Below the pieces are notes generated by a model, which saw nothing but the letters and a program-made list of their open reading frames with translations, had not been told where the DNA came from and made no database searches. A stretch of 64,000 nt of DNA. Source: Octopus bimaculoides. Lineage: Eukaryota. Every line of letters begins with the position of its first letter. Positions within the stretch are counted from its first letter, which is position 1. The stretch is taken from NCBI RefSeq assembly GCF_001194135.2, contig NC_068992.1, positions 22,280,298-22,344,297 on the forward strand. Direction: 5' to 3'. A program made the position numbers and the translations under genes. Below are positions 36,266-50,839 of the stretch, piece after piece.

Positions 36266-37599
36266 TTAGAGATGTTTAAAAAATTGTAATATTTTCTCCA
36301 TCTTTTGATTTGCGTTCTTTTTCAGGCATTCTCGTTTAATGCATACATTCTTGATTCTAATCTATGCATCAAGTTAGACTCATTTGGACAGCATTGACTT
36401 GGTTCTTGAAAGAGTTTGCACCATAGAAATAGGCAAACATTTTCATTCACATCTGAGTCACTCAGAATGTTGCTAATAGCAACGTCTCTAATGACAATGA
36501 AATTAAATCTATTGACTATCTTTCGAGTCATTAGATTTAAAGGCTACTCATCATTTAACGTATTGAAAATAAAGCAGCCTGGTGGAAGTTGTCTGTTTCT
36601 AAGATATAACCATACGAAGAATTTCCCTTAAACAATGCAAAATTTCAAAACGCTCCTCGATTTTACTGTGCCATTGTTGTTTAAAATGTTCATGCTCAGT
36701 GGAATCATTTTACAGCGAAGCTGACAGTGCCCTCTGATAATCAATAATGTTAACAACATATACAACAAAGCGATAGAGGCAAGATATACACTGTTACATT
36801 TATGTCTGATTATTTGGTTTACTATCATTTCAACCATCCACGCTCTCTTAAACATTGTAGCCTCACGTAAAATCAACTGAAAGCATTAAAAAGAAATAAT
36901 TATATTCCACTTTTGTGTATTTCCAGTATTTATTGGAAATATCAGATGGCATGTCTCACTAAGAGGCTTCAGGCACACTGAATAATAAATCTATATTTTG
37001 AACAGCAGGAAATACATTTCAAACTGATCTTTCATTCTTAGTAAGTGGAACCGGTGGAATTGTATGAGACAATATGTAATTACGATCTCTCAACATCTAG
37101 CCAGAGGCTTTGATAACCTTTGGAAGTGGGCATTTCCTATCTGAAAATTGGAATTGCGAAAACACTTATGAAAATAAACAAACTGATTGACTGAAATGGT
37201 CTTAGAATAAACTGGATTCTTTAAAATGAAAGTAATTATGAAAATACAACGAACTAAAGAATTTTTCTACTGAATGCTGCCACCGGCATTTTATCATTTT
37301 CTCTTGTCTCAAATCTCTGTTTGTTTGTTTTATTAGTACTGGTAGAATGTATAAGTTAGAGGTAATCTTGCAACAAAATGGATTTATGAAGAGATTCTGG
37401 TTCATTTTAGAACACTTTTTCATGCTTTACACAATTATTATAAAATTTCAATATGATCCTGATTTTCTTTCCGTCTCATATTACCAAAATATTATTGAAA
37501 CAAATATTTGATAGCAAATTATGTTATTTAACATAAATCCATTAACGAATATCACAGTTTCCCAATATCCTTCCCTTCAGTTGCTATACAAAAGTCCTC

Positions 37600-37795
37600 T
37601 CTACTAGAATTTTTGGGGGGAGGGAGCAAGTCCATTATAACGACCACAGTACATGATTGTAACTTATTTTACCGACCTCGAAAGGATGACAAGCATAATC
37701 AATCTTAGCGAAATTTGAACTCAGAACGTACAGACAGAGGAAATGTTATTAACAATTTTGCCCGGGATGCTAACGAATCTGCCAGCTCGCCGGCT
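37600..37795 (-). mobile_element. SINE group A
   Basis: CGACCTCGAAAGGATGAC..AATTTGAACTCAGAACGTAC..GCTAACGAATCTGCCAGCTCGCC. Confidence 0.8.
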
Positions 37796-37934
37796 TCATT
37801 ATTTATTATAAGAAAAAAAAAAAGAAGGATTGCTTTGATCTTATAGTAGAACGCCTGCATTGTTTAAAGAGATACGAATTCGGGTCATATAGGCAGCCTA
37901 CGACTTTTCTATCTAAATTTTTTTCAAATCTCAC

Positions 37935-38040
37935 CAAGGTTAACTTGCTTTTCATCGTTTCGAAGTCGGCAAAATAGGGTGGCAATCAAGTACTGGGGTC
38001 TAATATTCGACCCTCAAATTGTGCCAAAATTTGAAACCAT
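37935..38040 (+). mobile_element. SINE group A, partial
   Basis: CTTGCTTTTCATCGTTTCGAAGTCGGCAAAAT..AAGTACTGGGGTC..TGTGCCAAAATTTGAAACCA. Confidence 0.65.
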
Positions 38041-38214
38041 AATTTTGTAAGAAAAAAAAAAGAAAAGAAATGAATGATAGGAAAATGGAAGAAAAACCGG
38101 TAGGGCAAAAGGTAGGAAAGAAAGATAAATTTCTCTTTTATAAAACACTAAAAAAAACGTAGATACGAAACAAACAATTGGTTGGTTGTGATATATTACT
38201 TATATACATGGAGA

Positions 38215-38388
38215 TGTACTGACAGAATCGTTAGGACGCCGGGCGAAATGCTTAGCGGTATTTCGTCTGTGTTTACGTTCTGAGTTCAAATTCCACCGAG
38301 GTGGACATTGCCTTTCATCCTTTCGGGGTCGATCTAATCGACTGACTCCTTCCCCCAAAATTTCAGGCCTATAGTAGGAAGGATTATT
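38215..38388 (+). mobile_element. SINE group A
   Basis: CAGAATCGTTAGGACGCCGGGCGAAATGCTTAGCGGTATTTCG..GAGTTCAAATTCC..GCCTTTCATCCTTTCGGGGTCGAT..GTAGGAAGGATTATT. Confidence 0.88.
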
Positions 38389-38478
38389 GTTAGTAATGAC
38401 TGTTGAGTATACATTTAATGGTAAATGATAATGAAATAAGTTGAATGTATATGTATGTGCAAGTATATNNNNNNNNNN

Positions 38479-38511
<33 letters not shown>

Positions 38512-38514
<3 letters not shown>

Positions 38515-38660
38515 GGCGTTTGCTGTGTGGTAAGAGGTTTAATTTCGAACCATACGGTTCGGGGTTGACTTTTACTGCTCGGTACCCTGGCCAAATGTCT
38601 TCTACTATAGCCTTCAAGCTCTGCGTGTGGACTTCGCTGACAGAAATCGAAAGAAGCCAG
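38512..38660 (+). mobile_element. SINE group B head, degraded
   Basis: GTGTGGTAAGAGG..GGTACCCTGGCCAAATGTCTTCTACTATAGCC..CAGAAATCGAAAGAAGCC. Confidence 0.7.
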
Positions 38661-41222
38661 TCTTATATATACTCACACACATATCCGATGTTGATGTATC
38701 CACATAAAACTGTTAACGGTGGAACACGAAGTAGATAACAACTATAAATAAATATGTGTAGAATAATGCTTAAAACCTCCTTGTATGGAAAAAAAAATGA
38801 AGGTTGCTCCTCGGATACAAACTCACCGACTTTCATGTCCATAGCCGATGTAGTGTAGTTTTGTGCCCCTCGTGCAGTCATCGGCTTGAAACGTAATATC
38901 TATAACAAAAAAAGAACGGAATAGTTTCAATGAACTCTAACTGGATATTGAATCGTCTTGCCTTTCAGAGAGACACTGCCTGTACGATAGTCACTAACTA
39001 TAGATCAACCCACGTTCAGGCATCGTAGTTACGCTTTACGACCAATTATGTTCAAATATACATACTACCAACCCTTGCAGTAAAACTAAATTCGAACCCA
39101 CGTAGTTGCAAAGGGAGCTTCTCAACCGCTCAATCACATCTTACTATTTTCTGAATATTTTTGATGAATAACACTTCCCTAAGATTAATTAATATATGCC
39201 TTGTGGAATTCGACAGTATATGCTAGTGAAATTTGTAAGCATAAGCGAGAAATAAAACAAAGAAATAACAAAACAAAAACCAAAAAAAACGATAAAGCTG
39301 TGTTCTTCAAATAAAAAATAAATTCTGGTATTTGTTCCGCTTGAGATGTTCAAACATTCCCTTGTTACTCTAGCCATCGTAAAAATGCGGTGAACCAGCG
39401 AATAGCTCGCTTGAAATCAGTAACCAGCAACTTTAGTTTTTTTTTATTTATTTTCTTTTCCAAAATACAATATAAAATATACAAATATAAATTACCATAG
39501 TGGAAGTTATACTGTGAAACATAAACGATGTATAACGGCAATATTTTAGCTCAACACTGTACTTTGTTACTTTTGCCAAGATATGTTTACTACCATATTT
39601 TTGTATGTAAACACGCAATGCATACATATTCTTTGTTTCAATAAGTTGAAATTTATTTTACTTTGATATTATTTTTAGACACACACAGACACGGCAACAA
39701 GAGGCACACACAGAGCATATACGCCACACTCATACATACATACATACAAACATACATACATACATACAGACATACACACATACATACATACATTCATAAG
39801 TATTAAACCTCATAAAATATTCTGTGCAGTTTCCAGATACGTGGGAAGATGTTGAATTCCAAATCATTTCACCCTATGCTAGTACAAAATGAATGGATAA
39901 AGAAAAGCTATGGCGATAATATATACGTTATGTGTATGTATTTCTGTGCGTATATCTATGTTTATATTATCATATGTATGTGTATAGTTCCCTGTTTTCC
40001 TCTTCGTTGGAGCTGTGTTGCTTATTTTGACAAGCAATTTACCTAAGAGATATATGTTTGTCTATTTGTACGAGTATGTGGTTATAAATCTTATATATTT
40101 TTTCGCTTCACAAACTTTTATAAAGTATATAGAAGTGAAATAGTTTAATAAATGCCAAACTGCTTAAACAAATTAGCACTTCCCTTGAAAAACCACCCAC
40201 TTTGCCAAATAGTAAAAAAAAAATTAAAAAAATAAAATAAAAACAACAACAAAAAGACTATAAAATAAAAAAAAATTGAAAGTACATATTTTCAAATATA
40301 TATTTGAGTTAATTTAAAAAAGAATAAAAAAACAAGAAAAACAAACAAACAACCCAAAAAATAAAAATAAACCGAAGTTTCACACTGTAATTTCCTGAAA
40401 TTTAGTCAATAAAATAGAATTTTGTGAACATGTATTTCTAAACGTATTTTTATATAAATTTATTCTCTTGAAAAGCAAGCAATAAATTTCCGGTTTAGAG
40501 AATACAGATGTACGCATATATGTATGTATTCACGCATATATCAATATATAGATATGAATGTACATAAATACATATAAATATGTATATATNNNNNNNNNNN
40601 NNNNNNNNNNNNNNNNNNNNNNNNNNNNNNNNNNNNNNNNNNNNNNNNNNNNNNNNNNNNNNNNNNNNNNNNNNNNNNNNNNNNNNNNNNNNNNNNNNNN
40701 NNNNNNNNNNNNNNNNNNNNNNNNNNNNNNNNNNNNNNNNNNNNNNNNNNNNNNNNNNNNNNNNNNNNNNNNNNNNNNNNNNNNNNNNNNNNNNNNNNNN
40801 NNNNNNNNNNNNNNNNNNNNNNNNNNNNNNNNNNNNNNNNNNNNNNNNNNNNNNNNNNNNNNNNNNNNNNNNNNNNNNNNNNNNNNNNNNNNNNNNNNNN
40901 NNNNNNNNNNNNNNNNNNNNNNNNNNNNNNNNNNNNNNNNNNNNNNNNNNNNNNNNNNNNNNNNNNNNNNNNNNNNNNNNNNNNNNNNNNNNNNNNNNNN
41001 NNNNNNNNNNNNNNNNNNNNNNNNNNNNNNNNNNNNNNNNNNNNNNNNNNNNNNNNNNNNNNNNNNNNNNNNNNNNNNNNNNNNNNNNNNNNNNNNNNNN
41101 NNNNNNNNNNNNNNNNNNNNNNNNNNNNNNNNNNNNNNNNNNNNNNNNNNNNNNNNNNNNNNNNNNNNNNNNNNNNNNNNNNNNNNNNNNNNNNNNNNNN
41201 NNNNNNNNNNNNNNNNNNNNNN

Positions 41223-41284
<62 letters not shown>

Positions 41285-41555
41285 CACTAAAATATTGTTA
41301 ATATTTTAAGGCGTGTTTAAGAATAACAGCGGGACTGTTATTGCTTGGGTTGATATACTGCGTGTAAACCTGTTGAAGAAACCAATTGGCATAATTCGAA
41401 GTTTTAGTGAACTTGAACTTGTTCATACATACATACATACATACATACATACATACAAACATATATTCACGCATATGTACTTACGTATATACATACATAC
41501 ACGGACGCATACATACATACAGTAATAATGCACGCATAATACATATATACGTAGG

Positions 41556-41595
<40 letters not shown>

Positions 41596-42444
41596 NNNNN
41601 NNNNNNNNNNNNNNNNNNNNNNNNNNNNNNNNNNNNNNNNNNNNNNNNNNNNNNNNNNNNNNNNNNNNNNNNNNNNNNNNNNNNNNNNNNNNNNNNNNNN
41701 NNNNNNNNNNNNNNNNNNNNNNNNNNNNNNNNNNNNNNNNNNNNNNNNNNNNNNNNNNNNNNNNNNNNNNNNNNNNNNNNNNNNNNNNNNNNNNNNNNNN
41801 NNNNNNNNNNNNNNNNNNNNNNNTGTGTGTGTGTGTGTGTTTGTGTGTTTGTGTGTGTTTATGTGTGTGCGTATGTTCCTTATGCATTCGAAAACTGAGT
41901 TGCCAATTTTCGCGTATGAAAATAGTTTCCCATTTTCAATTTGAACCTAAATTACAATGTGTTGCATTATGAAAGTGACGACGTGTGAATAACAAAAGTA
42001 ATGTTTCTCCGTACTAGTCATATTTGTACTATAATAAAGACAGTTGTTTATCATCTATCTCTCTATATAAAGGCTACCAAATAAGCTGTGTTTTTGTCAC
42101 ATCTCTTTTCTGCTACTGAAATAATATCGGAAACAAGGTCGGGGCGCACAATTTTGAGGTCCTTTCGGGCAATATTTCGATTTGCTTCCAATGTTTCACG
42201 CCCTATGATTCACGCATGCGTAGAATTTCTATTCAGACAAATATTTATGAAACTATACTCATAAATATTGTATTTAAATATCCCACAACCAAAACATTTC
42301 ATTAAACGATAACCGTTTCTCTATATGTCATGAGGAAATGCAGTCAATCACTCTCTCTCACTCTCACATGCACACGCACACGGACACATACATAGAAAAT
42401 TGATGTATACATACGTATTTATGTACGCGTATATGAAAGATAAT

Positions 42445-42527
<83 letters not shown>

Positions 42528-42861
42528 GAGTGAGTGCCACTTACACATACATGCAAAAAACACAAACATGACAACATGCATGTTTACTCACTCATTCTCC
42601 CTCTCTCTCACGCACGCACACACACACGCACACATTTCCAATTCATATACACGTCTCATACATCTTTCACTTTTTCCTCTCTTTCACTTCCTCCACTCTT
42701 TCAATTTCTGCTCTCTTCAAAGCATGAAGAAATAACAAATTTTACAGAAATTAATGAACAATCATATGATCCCATATGATCGACCATGTGATCGAGTTGA
42801 CAACTTTGCTGCGTCAGACGAAAGAATGCCATAAAATAACTTCCTTTGGCACACACACACA

Positions 42862-42922
<61 letters not shown>

Positions 42923-43689
42923 ATACACACGCACACACACACACACACGCACGCACGCACACATACACAGACACGCTCACAGATACACACACACTCACAC
43001 ACTGTAGGTAAAACGTCTGTACGAATTATGTTATTTCTTGCAGTGTGCACGCACAGAATTACAATTGAAATTACCTTTTTCTGTTCTGTAATTAGTGTTT
43101 GTGATGAACGTATTTAAAATGCTGATATCCCATTTTAAAAATTAAAAGAAAGTTTTCTCAGAAATCTCGTCCTTTACCTGCTGTTTCTAGCATGTCCCAG
43201 GTGACATTTACGCCCCCACCATTATTTTTTACTAAATTTCTTCTGATTCCCATGTTTTCGAAGCAGTAGGTTAGGATTTCACCCCTCAAACGCGTTCTCA
43301 ATATTTGGCGAGGTGGGGGAAGTGGCATCCTGTGGTCTTTAATAAAAAATAAGTTAAAAAAAACATATATTTCCCAGATTCGTAACATATGCATTTTTCT
43401 ACGTTATACGATGAAACAATACATACTTTGTGATGTTTGTTAAGAACGGAAAGCACTTTCATGCAAACCCATGCAAATTGTATCCTTCCCCTTCACTTTG
43501 AAACAAGCAATAACTTCCATTACGCCAGTAATCAAGTTCACTATATAGTAGCTGTGCCGATTCCACTCACAAGAAAGGAACAAATAATACAATGTGGCTG
43601 TAGGTCATAACACTTGGGCAACGCCGGGATGCATTACCACAGAGTATGTATATATATATATATATATATATATTTGTGAGTGTGTGTAT

Positions 43690-43834
43690 GAGTGAGTGTA
43701 TGGGTGTGTGTGCGCGTGGGCGACTTTGCGTTTGTCTTTGTCCTCCACCACCGTTTGGCAACCGTTGTTGCTTTGTTTACGTTCCCCTAACTTAGCAGTT
43801 CGGAAAAAGAGAACGATAGAATAAGTACCAGGCT

Positions 43835-43901
<67 letters not shown>

Positions 43902-43908
43902 TAACAGC

Positions 43909-43947
<39 letters not shown>

Positions 43948-44070
43948 AATAATAATAATAATAAAAATAACGGCCTCAATTCATTCGACAAAAAAAATCC
44001 CCAAGGCGGTGCCCCAGCATGACCGCAATGTAATAACTGAAACTAGTTAAGGAAGAAAAAAAAATGAAAG
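43690..44070 (+). mobile_element. SINE group B 3' module split by an (AAT)n(AAC)n(AAT)n expansion
   Basis: ..GATAGAATAAGTACCAGGCTT is followed by about 130 bp of trinucleotide repeat, then ATTCGAC..CCAAGGCGGTGCCCCAGCATGACCGC..ACTGAAAC. Confidence 0.82.
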
Positions 44071-45028
44071 ATAAAAAGCATTTTTCTCACCCGATCTTCC
44101 TGAACCGTTTGTGCAATTGTTTTAACATCATTAGTTGTCCATTATATACGTTTTATTTGTTTGACGTCGGCAATTGATTGAGCAAGATTAATGATTTGGT
44201 TTTTAGTTAATATATTGAGGCAATTTAAACTCATTTAAAGTTGTAATACATTTGAAAAATATTTGACAGGTGTTTTGAAACAAAGAGGAATATTAAACAC
44301 CATGAAATCATAATCAAAATGAATAACAATGGTTGTTATATTTGTGTTTCGGAAAAATAAACTGCAGAGTATTTTTTATCTAACACAGTTCAAAGTTAAT
44401 ATTTTTGATACTATCAAATGATTTTTTTTAAATACTTTAAAATATCTAACGGTTGTACACCACATAGGATTATAGCATACGGTTAAACATTCCACACAAA
44501 ATGAATTGGTTGACACATTTCAATGTGCTTAGAAATTGTAAACTGGAAAGCTTTGTATCATAGAATTGCACAAGTTAAGCCTGTCAAAATTTTAAACCTT
44601 CTCTCTTTTCATTTTTTTATTCGGCTGTTTTTCAGTTTCTGCATAAATATGAGATTACTTCATAAACTGATCAGTAAAAATTCGTAAAACCTGAAACTTA
44701 GAGTAGGAATTTGCGAAGATTCAGCTCAAAATTGCTTACATATCTGCACCTACCACACACAGAAACAGACAAATACGCACATACGAATACGTGCACCATA
44801 CAAACACTCTCATACACATTTATTTAGATACTAACGTACGTGCATAGTCAGTTAACACCTTTTTTTTATCGATATTACTTTTGGATTTTGACAAAGCTAA
44901 AAACACTACGGCTGCAATAACGCCGACGACAACAACAACAACAACAACAACAACAACAGTAACAACAACAACATGTTTGTGGATAAAAAAAATGGATTTA
45001 CATAGGAATGTATGTATGGATGTGAGTG

Positions 45029-45083
<55 letters not shown>

Positions 45084-46033
45084 TTGTGTGTGTAGACAAC
45101 TGTAGACGCGAATGTGTATATTTATAGGTAGGTTTGAATGTGAAACTTTTCTGGTTTCGTTCAGTTGATAAAAAATTAAAAATGGAGTAACGAATAGCCT
45201 TATTCGCTAAAACGCAAACCTAACAATCTGATCACGAAAGCAAAAATATATTACTTATCAACCAAAATACCTATTTGATAAGTAGGAATTAAGATAGGCT
45301 TATAGAAAGTCTATTGATATGCATTTATAAGTACATAGAGAGCCAACGTGTAAATAAGCAAAATGTAGAAAAATTAAAAGAACATATATTGTATGGTAAA
45401 ACAAACTGATAAAAAAACTAAGAAGAAATAATTTGAAAAATGTGTCTTTTAATTGATAATGAGACTGTTAAGGAAAATCCATATGTTAGGTAGATAACAG
45501 TCATTTATTAGCTCAGATTATACTACATGTTCCTGCTAAAGGAAATATGTGGATATATCGAAACTTTAAAAAAATACTTTTTTACAAAGAAAGTGCAAAA
45601 CTAAAACACAAGGCAAACAGAAGCAAGCAAGCAAACTGCAATTAATATCTACAACACAGGAACGCCAAAAATGGAGATTAGAAAAGTAAAAATAAATGTC
45701 GGAAGAAAATAGAGTATATATNNNNNNNNNNNNNNNNNNNNNNNNNNNNNNNNNNNNNNNNNNNNNNNNNNNNNNNNNNNNNNNNNNNNNNNNNNNNNNN
45801 NNNNNNNNNNNNNNNNNNNNNNNNNNNNNNNNNNNNNNNNNNNNNNNNNNNNNNNNNNNNNNNNNNNNNNNNNNNNNNNNNNNNNNNNNNNNNNNNNNNN
45901 NNNNNNNNNNNNNNNNNNNNNNNNNNNNNNNNNNNNNNNNNNNNNNNNNNNNNNNNNNNNNNNNNNNNNNNNNNNNNNNNNNNNNNNNNNNNNNNNNNNN
46001 NNNNNNNNNNNNNNNNNNNNNNNNNNNNNNNNN

Positions 46034-46065
<32 letters not shown>

Positions 46066-46967
46066 TTCAAAAATTAAACAGAAGCACGACAAAGGAACGA
46101 ACGGAAAATTCACACGCAGGATATGGACGTATATATACATACATACATGCATACTTACATACATACATACATACATGCATACATACATGCATGCATCATG
46201 CATACATATATATTATATACATACATGTATATATATATAGGTACGTATGTATAAATGTATACACACATATATATATAAATACATATACATATGATATATA
46301 TTTATATATTTATAGGAAAATATATATGCATGTATATAGATATATAAATGTATAGCAGTCTGTATAAATATTTATTTATCTAAATGTATTATATGTATTA
46401 TATATAATATATGTATAAACATATACTAAATATATATCATATATATATGTGTACATATTTACTATATTTACATTATATTCATATTACCTATATGTGAGTG
46501 CGTTAATGAGAATATTTGTGTACATGTGTGTGTTTGTCTGTGAGAAATATTCTCACTTCTATGTAAAGAAGTAGATACAAATCCGATCACAAAAGAAAAA
46601 ACAAAAAAAATGCCATTAATTTCTAGCAAAATACGTGTAAAAAATTTATAAAATATTGTTCCCTGATTATGTACCCTATTTTTCGTGTAATGCAGAGAAC
46701 CGAGTGAAGACGTGAAAAATATACTTTCCAGTGTTTCGGTATGTTATATTTATAAAGTGAAATTAATTTGTTTTATGTTAAACATTTTTTTTCTGTATCT
46801 ATAAACGTTCTATATTTCTGTACCTTTGCGTGTCATCAAGATAGAAGTACAGTCTGTTTCTTATAGTTAAGTGATAGTTTTCGTTGTAGAAAGCTGGAGA
46901 GCGAGACGGTGTAAGATAGAAAAGGAAAATACATCATAGATAATATCATAAATATTTTTAGGGATAG

Positions 46968-47335
46968 GTACCAGCATTGCTGTGTGCTAAGTAGTTCACT
47001 TCCCAACCGCATGATTCCGTGTTCAGTCCCGCTGCGCGGCATGTTGGGCAAGTGTCATTTGCTATAGCCTCGGGCCGACCAAATCCTCGTGAGTGGATTT
47101 GCTTGACGGAAACTGAATGAGGGACGTCGTGTGTATTTTTGTGTCTGTGTTTGTGCCTCCATCCTTGCTTGACAACCAGTGTTGGTGCATTTATGTCCCC
47201 ATAACTTAGCAGTTCAGCAAAACAGAACGATTGAATAAGTCATGGGGTTGACTTGTTCGAGTAACATTCTTCAAAGATGTGCTTTCAGCATGGCCGCAGT
47301 CAAATGACTGAAACAAGTAAAACAATAAAAGAATT
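46968..47335 (+). mobile_element. SINE group B, complete composite
   Basis: The head (GTTCAGTCCCGCTGCGCGGCATGTTGGGCAAGTGTC..CTCGGGCCGACC) is directly followed by the 3' module, which ends GACTGAAACAAGTAAAAC. Confidence 0.88.
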
Positions 47336-47354
47336 TTATATACATATGTACGTG

Positions 47355-47402
<48 letters not shown>

Positions 47403-47406
47403 TGTC

Positions 47407-47474
<68 letters not shown>

Positions 47475-48027
47475 CAACGATATGAATATTGATATGAATG
47501 AATTAGGAAATATAAAATAAACAATTATATTTGTATAAACATAAAATTTTCGGTAACTTGAAAAACAACAAATAAACGAAATAGCAATTCACTTCACCTT
47601 TTCACTCCTTTCCTTACATAAAAGGCACAAGCAATATGGGAAGCAAATTTATGAGAAGTAAAAATAAGTAACAACCACCATGTTGGAAAGGTACTGAAAA
47701 TGTGCTGGACATATAGAATCGTTACATTTTTATACGAGAATAAGTGCGTGTGCATCGAGTGCGCCTTCGGAAAATATATATATTGACTGAAAATTGGGTA
47801 ATGCCACGAGGACAGGCTAAAAGCGGAATATATATCTAAAACAGGTAAATATGAAATAAGGATGTTTAATTTAATGATGAAATGAAACTTGAATAGACAC
47901 GAAATATAANNNNNNNNNNNNNNNNNNNNNNNNNNNNNNNNNNNNNNNNNNNNNNNNNNNNNNNNNNNNNNNNNNNNNNNNNNNNNNNNNNNNNNNNNNN
48001 NNNNNNNNNNNNNNNNNNNNNNNNNNN

Positions 48028-48065
<38 letters not shown>

Positions 48066-48167
48066 ATATAGGATAAAATCTTTATAAGAATTTATCAAGT
48101 AGTCAGCGTGAAAAAAAACTCATAATGAAAAAAAAATAATCATATATGTATATATATACACATACAT

Positions 48168-48560
48168 ACGGGAGTATCTGTATGGTAAGAAGTTTGCTTC
48201 GCAATCACATGGTTCCAGGTTCAGTTTCACTACGTGGCACCTTGGGCAAATATCTTCTACTATAGCCTCAGGCCGATAAAAAGCTTGAGTGGATTTGGTA
48301 GACGGAAACTGAAAGAAGCCCGTCGTATATATATAAATATATATATATATATATTTGTGTGCCTGTATTTGTCCCCCACCATCGCTTGACAGCCGATGTT
48401 GGTGTGTTTACGTTCCCTCAAATTAACAGTTTGACAAAAGAGGCCGATAGAATAAGTACTAGGCTTAAAAGGAATAAGTCTTGGAGTCGACTAAAGGCGG
48501 TGCTCCAGCATAGCCGCCGTCAAATGACTGAAACAAGTCAAAGAATAGAAAATAAAAAAA
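48168..48560 (+). mobile_element. SINE group B, complete composite
   Basis: Head, short (TA)n linker and 3' module ending CAAATGACTGAAACAAG. Confidence 0.9.
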
Positions 48561-48571
48561 ATATATATAGG

Positions 48572-48722
48572 ACAGGTTTATTTCAGTTTCCTTCTACCAA
48601 ATCCATTCACAAGGCTTTGGTCGGCCCGAGGCTATAGCGAAAAAGGCTTGGCTAAGCAGTCGGACTGAACCCGGAAGCATTGGGGTTGGGAAGCAAACTT
48701 CTTATCATACTGCCATGCCTGC
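48572..48722 (-). mobile_element. SINE group B head, inverted relative to the adjacent copy
   Basis: TTTCAGTTTCCTTCTACCAAATCCATTCACAAGGCTTTGGTCGGCCCGAGGCTATAG..ACTGAACCCGGAAGC..GAAGCAAACTTCTTATCA. Confidence 0.85.
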
Positions 48723-50033
48723 ACATACTTATGCACTTAGGTGAAGCATATACACACACACTTACATACACATCGGTGTATGTCTACATGCGTGCGTGTG
48801 CACCTCTCTATATATTATTAGACATATATGTAACTAAAACCACTAATTCTTGCCTACAAACACTAAATAAAAAAAAACCATTAAAAAAGCATATAAACAA
48901 TCTCTAAACAATTTTTCACAGTCTAAGGAACGCCATTAACACCGTACGCTTTCCAAACGTTCCATCTTCCTTCTGCTTCTCTCGTGTGACTTTCTTTTTC
49001 TCTATTCCTCTCTCTTTTTACTCGCTTCAATTTCGCTGCCTACCTTATTAATTTGCATAAATATCCTTAATAAAAATCTGAAATATTAAACCGAATACGT
49101 TTTGACATTTGTTAAAAAAAAATAACCAAGTATGTACTATGTGAAAAATATTCTCCTAAACTATTGATTAATTATGTGTTAAACTAAATAAAACACGTTT
49201 GCTCACATAAATTTCTGATGAAGTAGATAGAGAAGAAATAATCAAGAACTTTTTTGTCACTTAATGTTATTTATATTGCAATCATATTTATTTCTTCCAA
49301 GCTTCCAAAATCAGTGCATTTATATAAATATCGTTGAACATATTCTACAGCACAAAAATACATATACCTACATGCTTGTATATATGAGTATGTGAGTGTA
49401 ATATAAATGTATGTATATATATATATATATAACATGTATGCACAAATATGTATACATATTTGTGCATGTATGCATATATATATCTATGCATATATATATA
49501 TATATATATATANNNNNNNNNNNNNNNNNNNNNNNNNNNNNNNNNNNNNNNNNNNNNNNNNNNNNNNNNNNNNNNNNNNNNNNNNNNNNNNNNNNNNNNN
49601 NNNNNNNNNNNNNNNNNNNNNNNNNNNNNNNNNNNNNNNNNNNNNNNNNNNNNNNNNNNNNNNNNNNNNNNNNNNNNNNNNNNNNNNNNNNNNNNNNNNN
49701 NNNNNNNNNNNNNNNNNNNNNNNNNNNNNNNNNNNNNNNNNNNNNNNNNNNNNNNNNNNNNNNNNNNNNNNNNNNNNNNNNNNNNNNNNNNNNNNNNNNN
49801 NNNNNNNNNNNNNNNNNNNNNNNNNNNNNNNNNNNNNNNNNNNNNNNNNNNNNNNNNNNNNNNNNNNNNNNNNNNNNNNNNNNNNNNNNNNNNNNNNNNN
49901 NNNNNNNNNNNNNNNNNNNNNNNNNNNNNNNNNNNNNNNNNNNNNNNNNNNNNNNNNNNNNNNNNNNNNNNNNNNNNNNNNNNNNNNNNNNNNNNNNNNN
50001 NNNNNNNNNNNNNNNNNNNNNNNNNNNNNNATG

Positions 50034-50078
<45 letters not shown>

Positions 50079-50599
50079 CAAATCTATTCAGCTCTTCTAG
50101 AAACGTACTCACTTTTCACAGCAGTTAATTTTTATAGCAATGTTCGATAACTCTTATTTAGCTCCGGATCAGGTCATTTCAAGCTCACATTTGGTAGACA
50201 TGAACAGGCGGCGCCCATCGTCTCTGTGTCACTTATCTATAGCTCTGATAGAACAGTCTCTTATGAAATGAATCTACACATAGAAATATTTCTACCTTCG
50301 CTATAAAATTATGTTGCTGTGACTCAATGATGAAACGTTTATGCGGTCCCTAGATGGTACTAAAATGGCAGCCAGATATCTCTCTGATGTCGCTACGATA
50401 ATGGTGCTTAAAGTATAGCAATGGATATTGTACGGCTTGACTGAATCCCTAAAAAAATATATCATTGCAGGATGAGAAGAGACCTACAGCTAGTCATCAT
50501 CAGCATCCTTCTCATCCTCATCATCATCGTCTTCGTTTTCATCACTACCATCAACATGAACAACAGCAATAAATATAATATATGACTATAATTGCTGGC

Positions 50600-50825
50600 C
50601 TTGTGCAAATTTGGGAATTCCAATTTTTGCATAACGCCAGCAATTTCGAGGAAGAGAGTAAGTCGATTACATTAATCCCAGTGCTCAATTGGTACACAAT
50701 TTACCGATCTCGAAAGGGATGAGAGGCAAAGTCGACCTTGGTAGGGTTTGAACTCAGAACGTAAAGACGTACTAAATGTCACTAAGCGTTTTGTCCGGCT
50801 AACGATTCTGTCAGCTCGCCGCCTT
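50600..50825 (-). mobile_element. SINE group A (first of a tandem pair)
   Basis: GTCGATTACATT..CCCAGTGCTCAATTGGTAC..GGCAAAGTCGACC..TTTGAACTCAGAACGTAAAGAC..CAGCTCGCCGCC. Confidence 0.85.
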
Positions 50826-50839
50826 AATAACTACAATAT

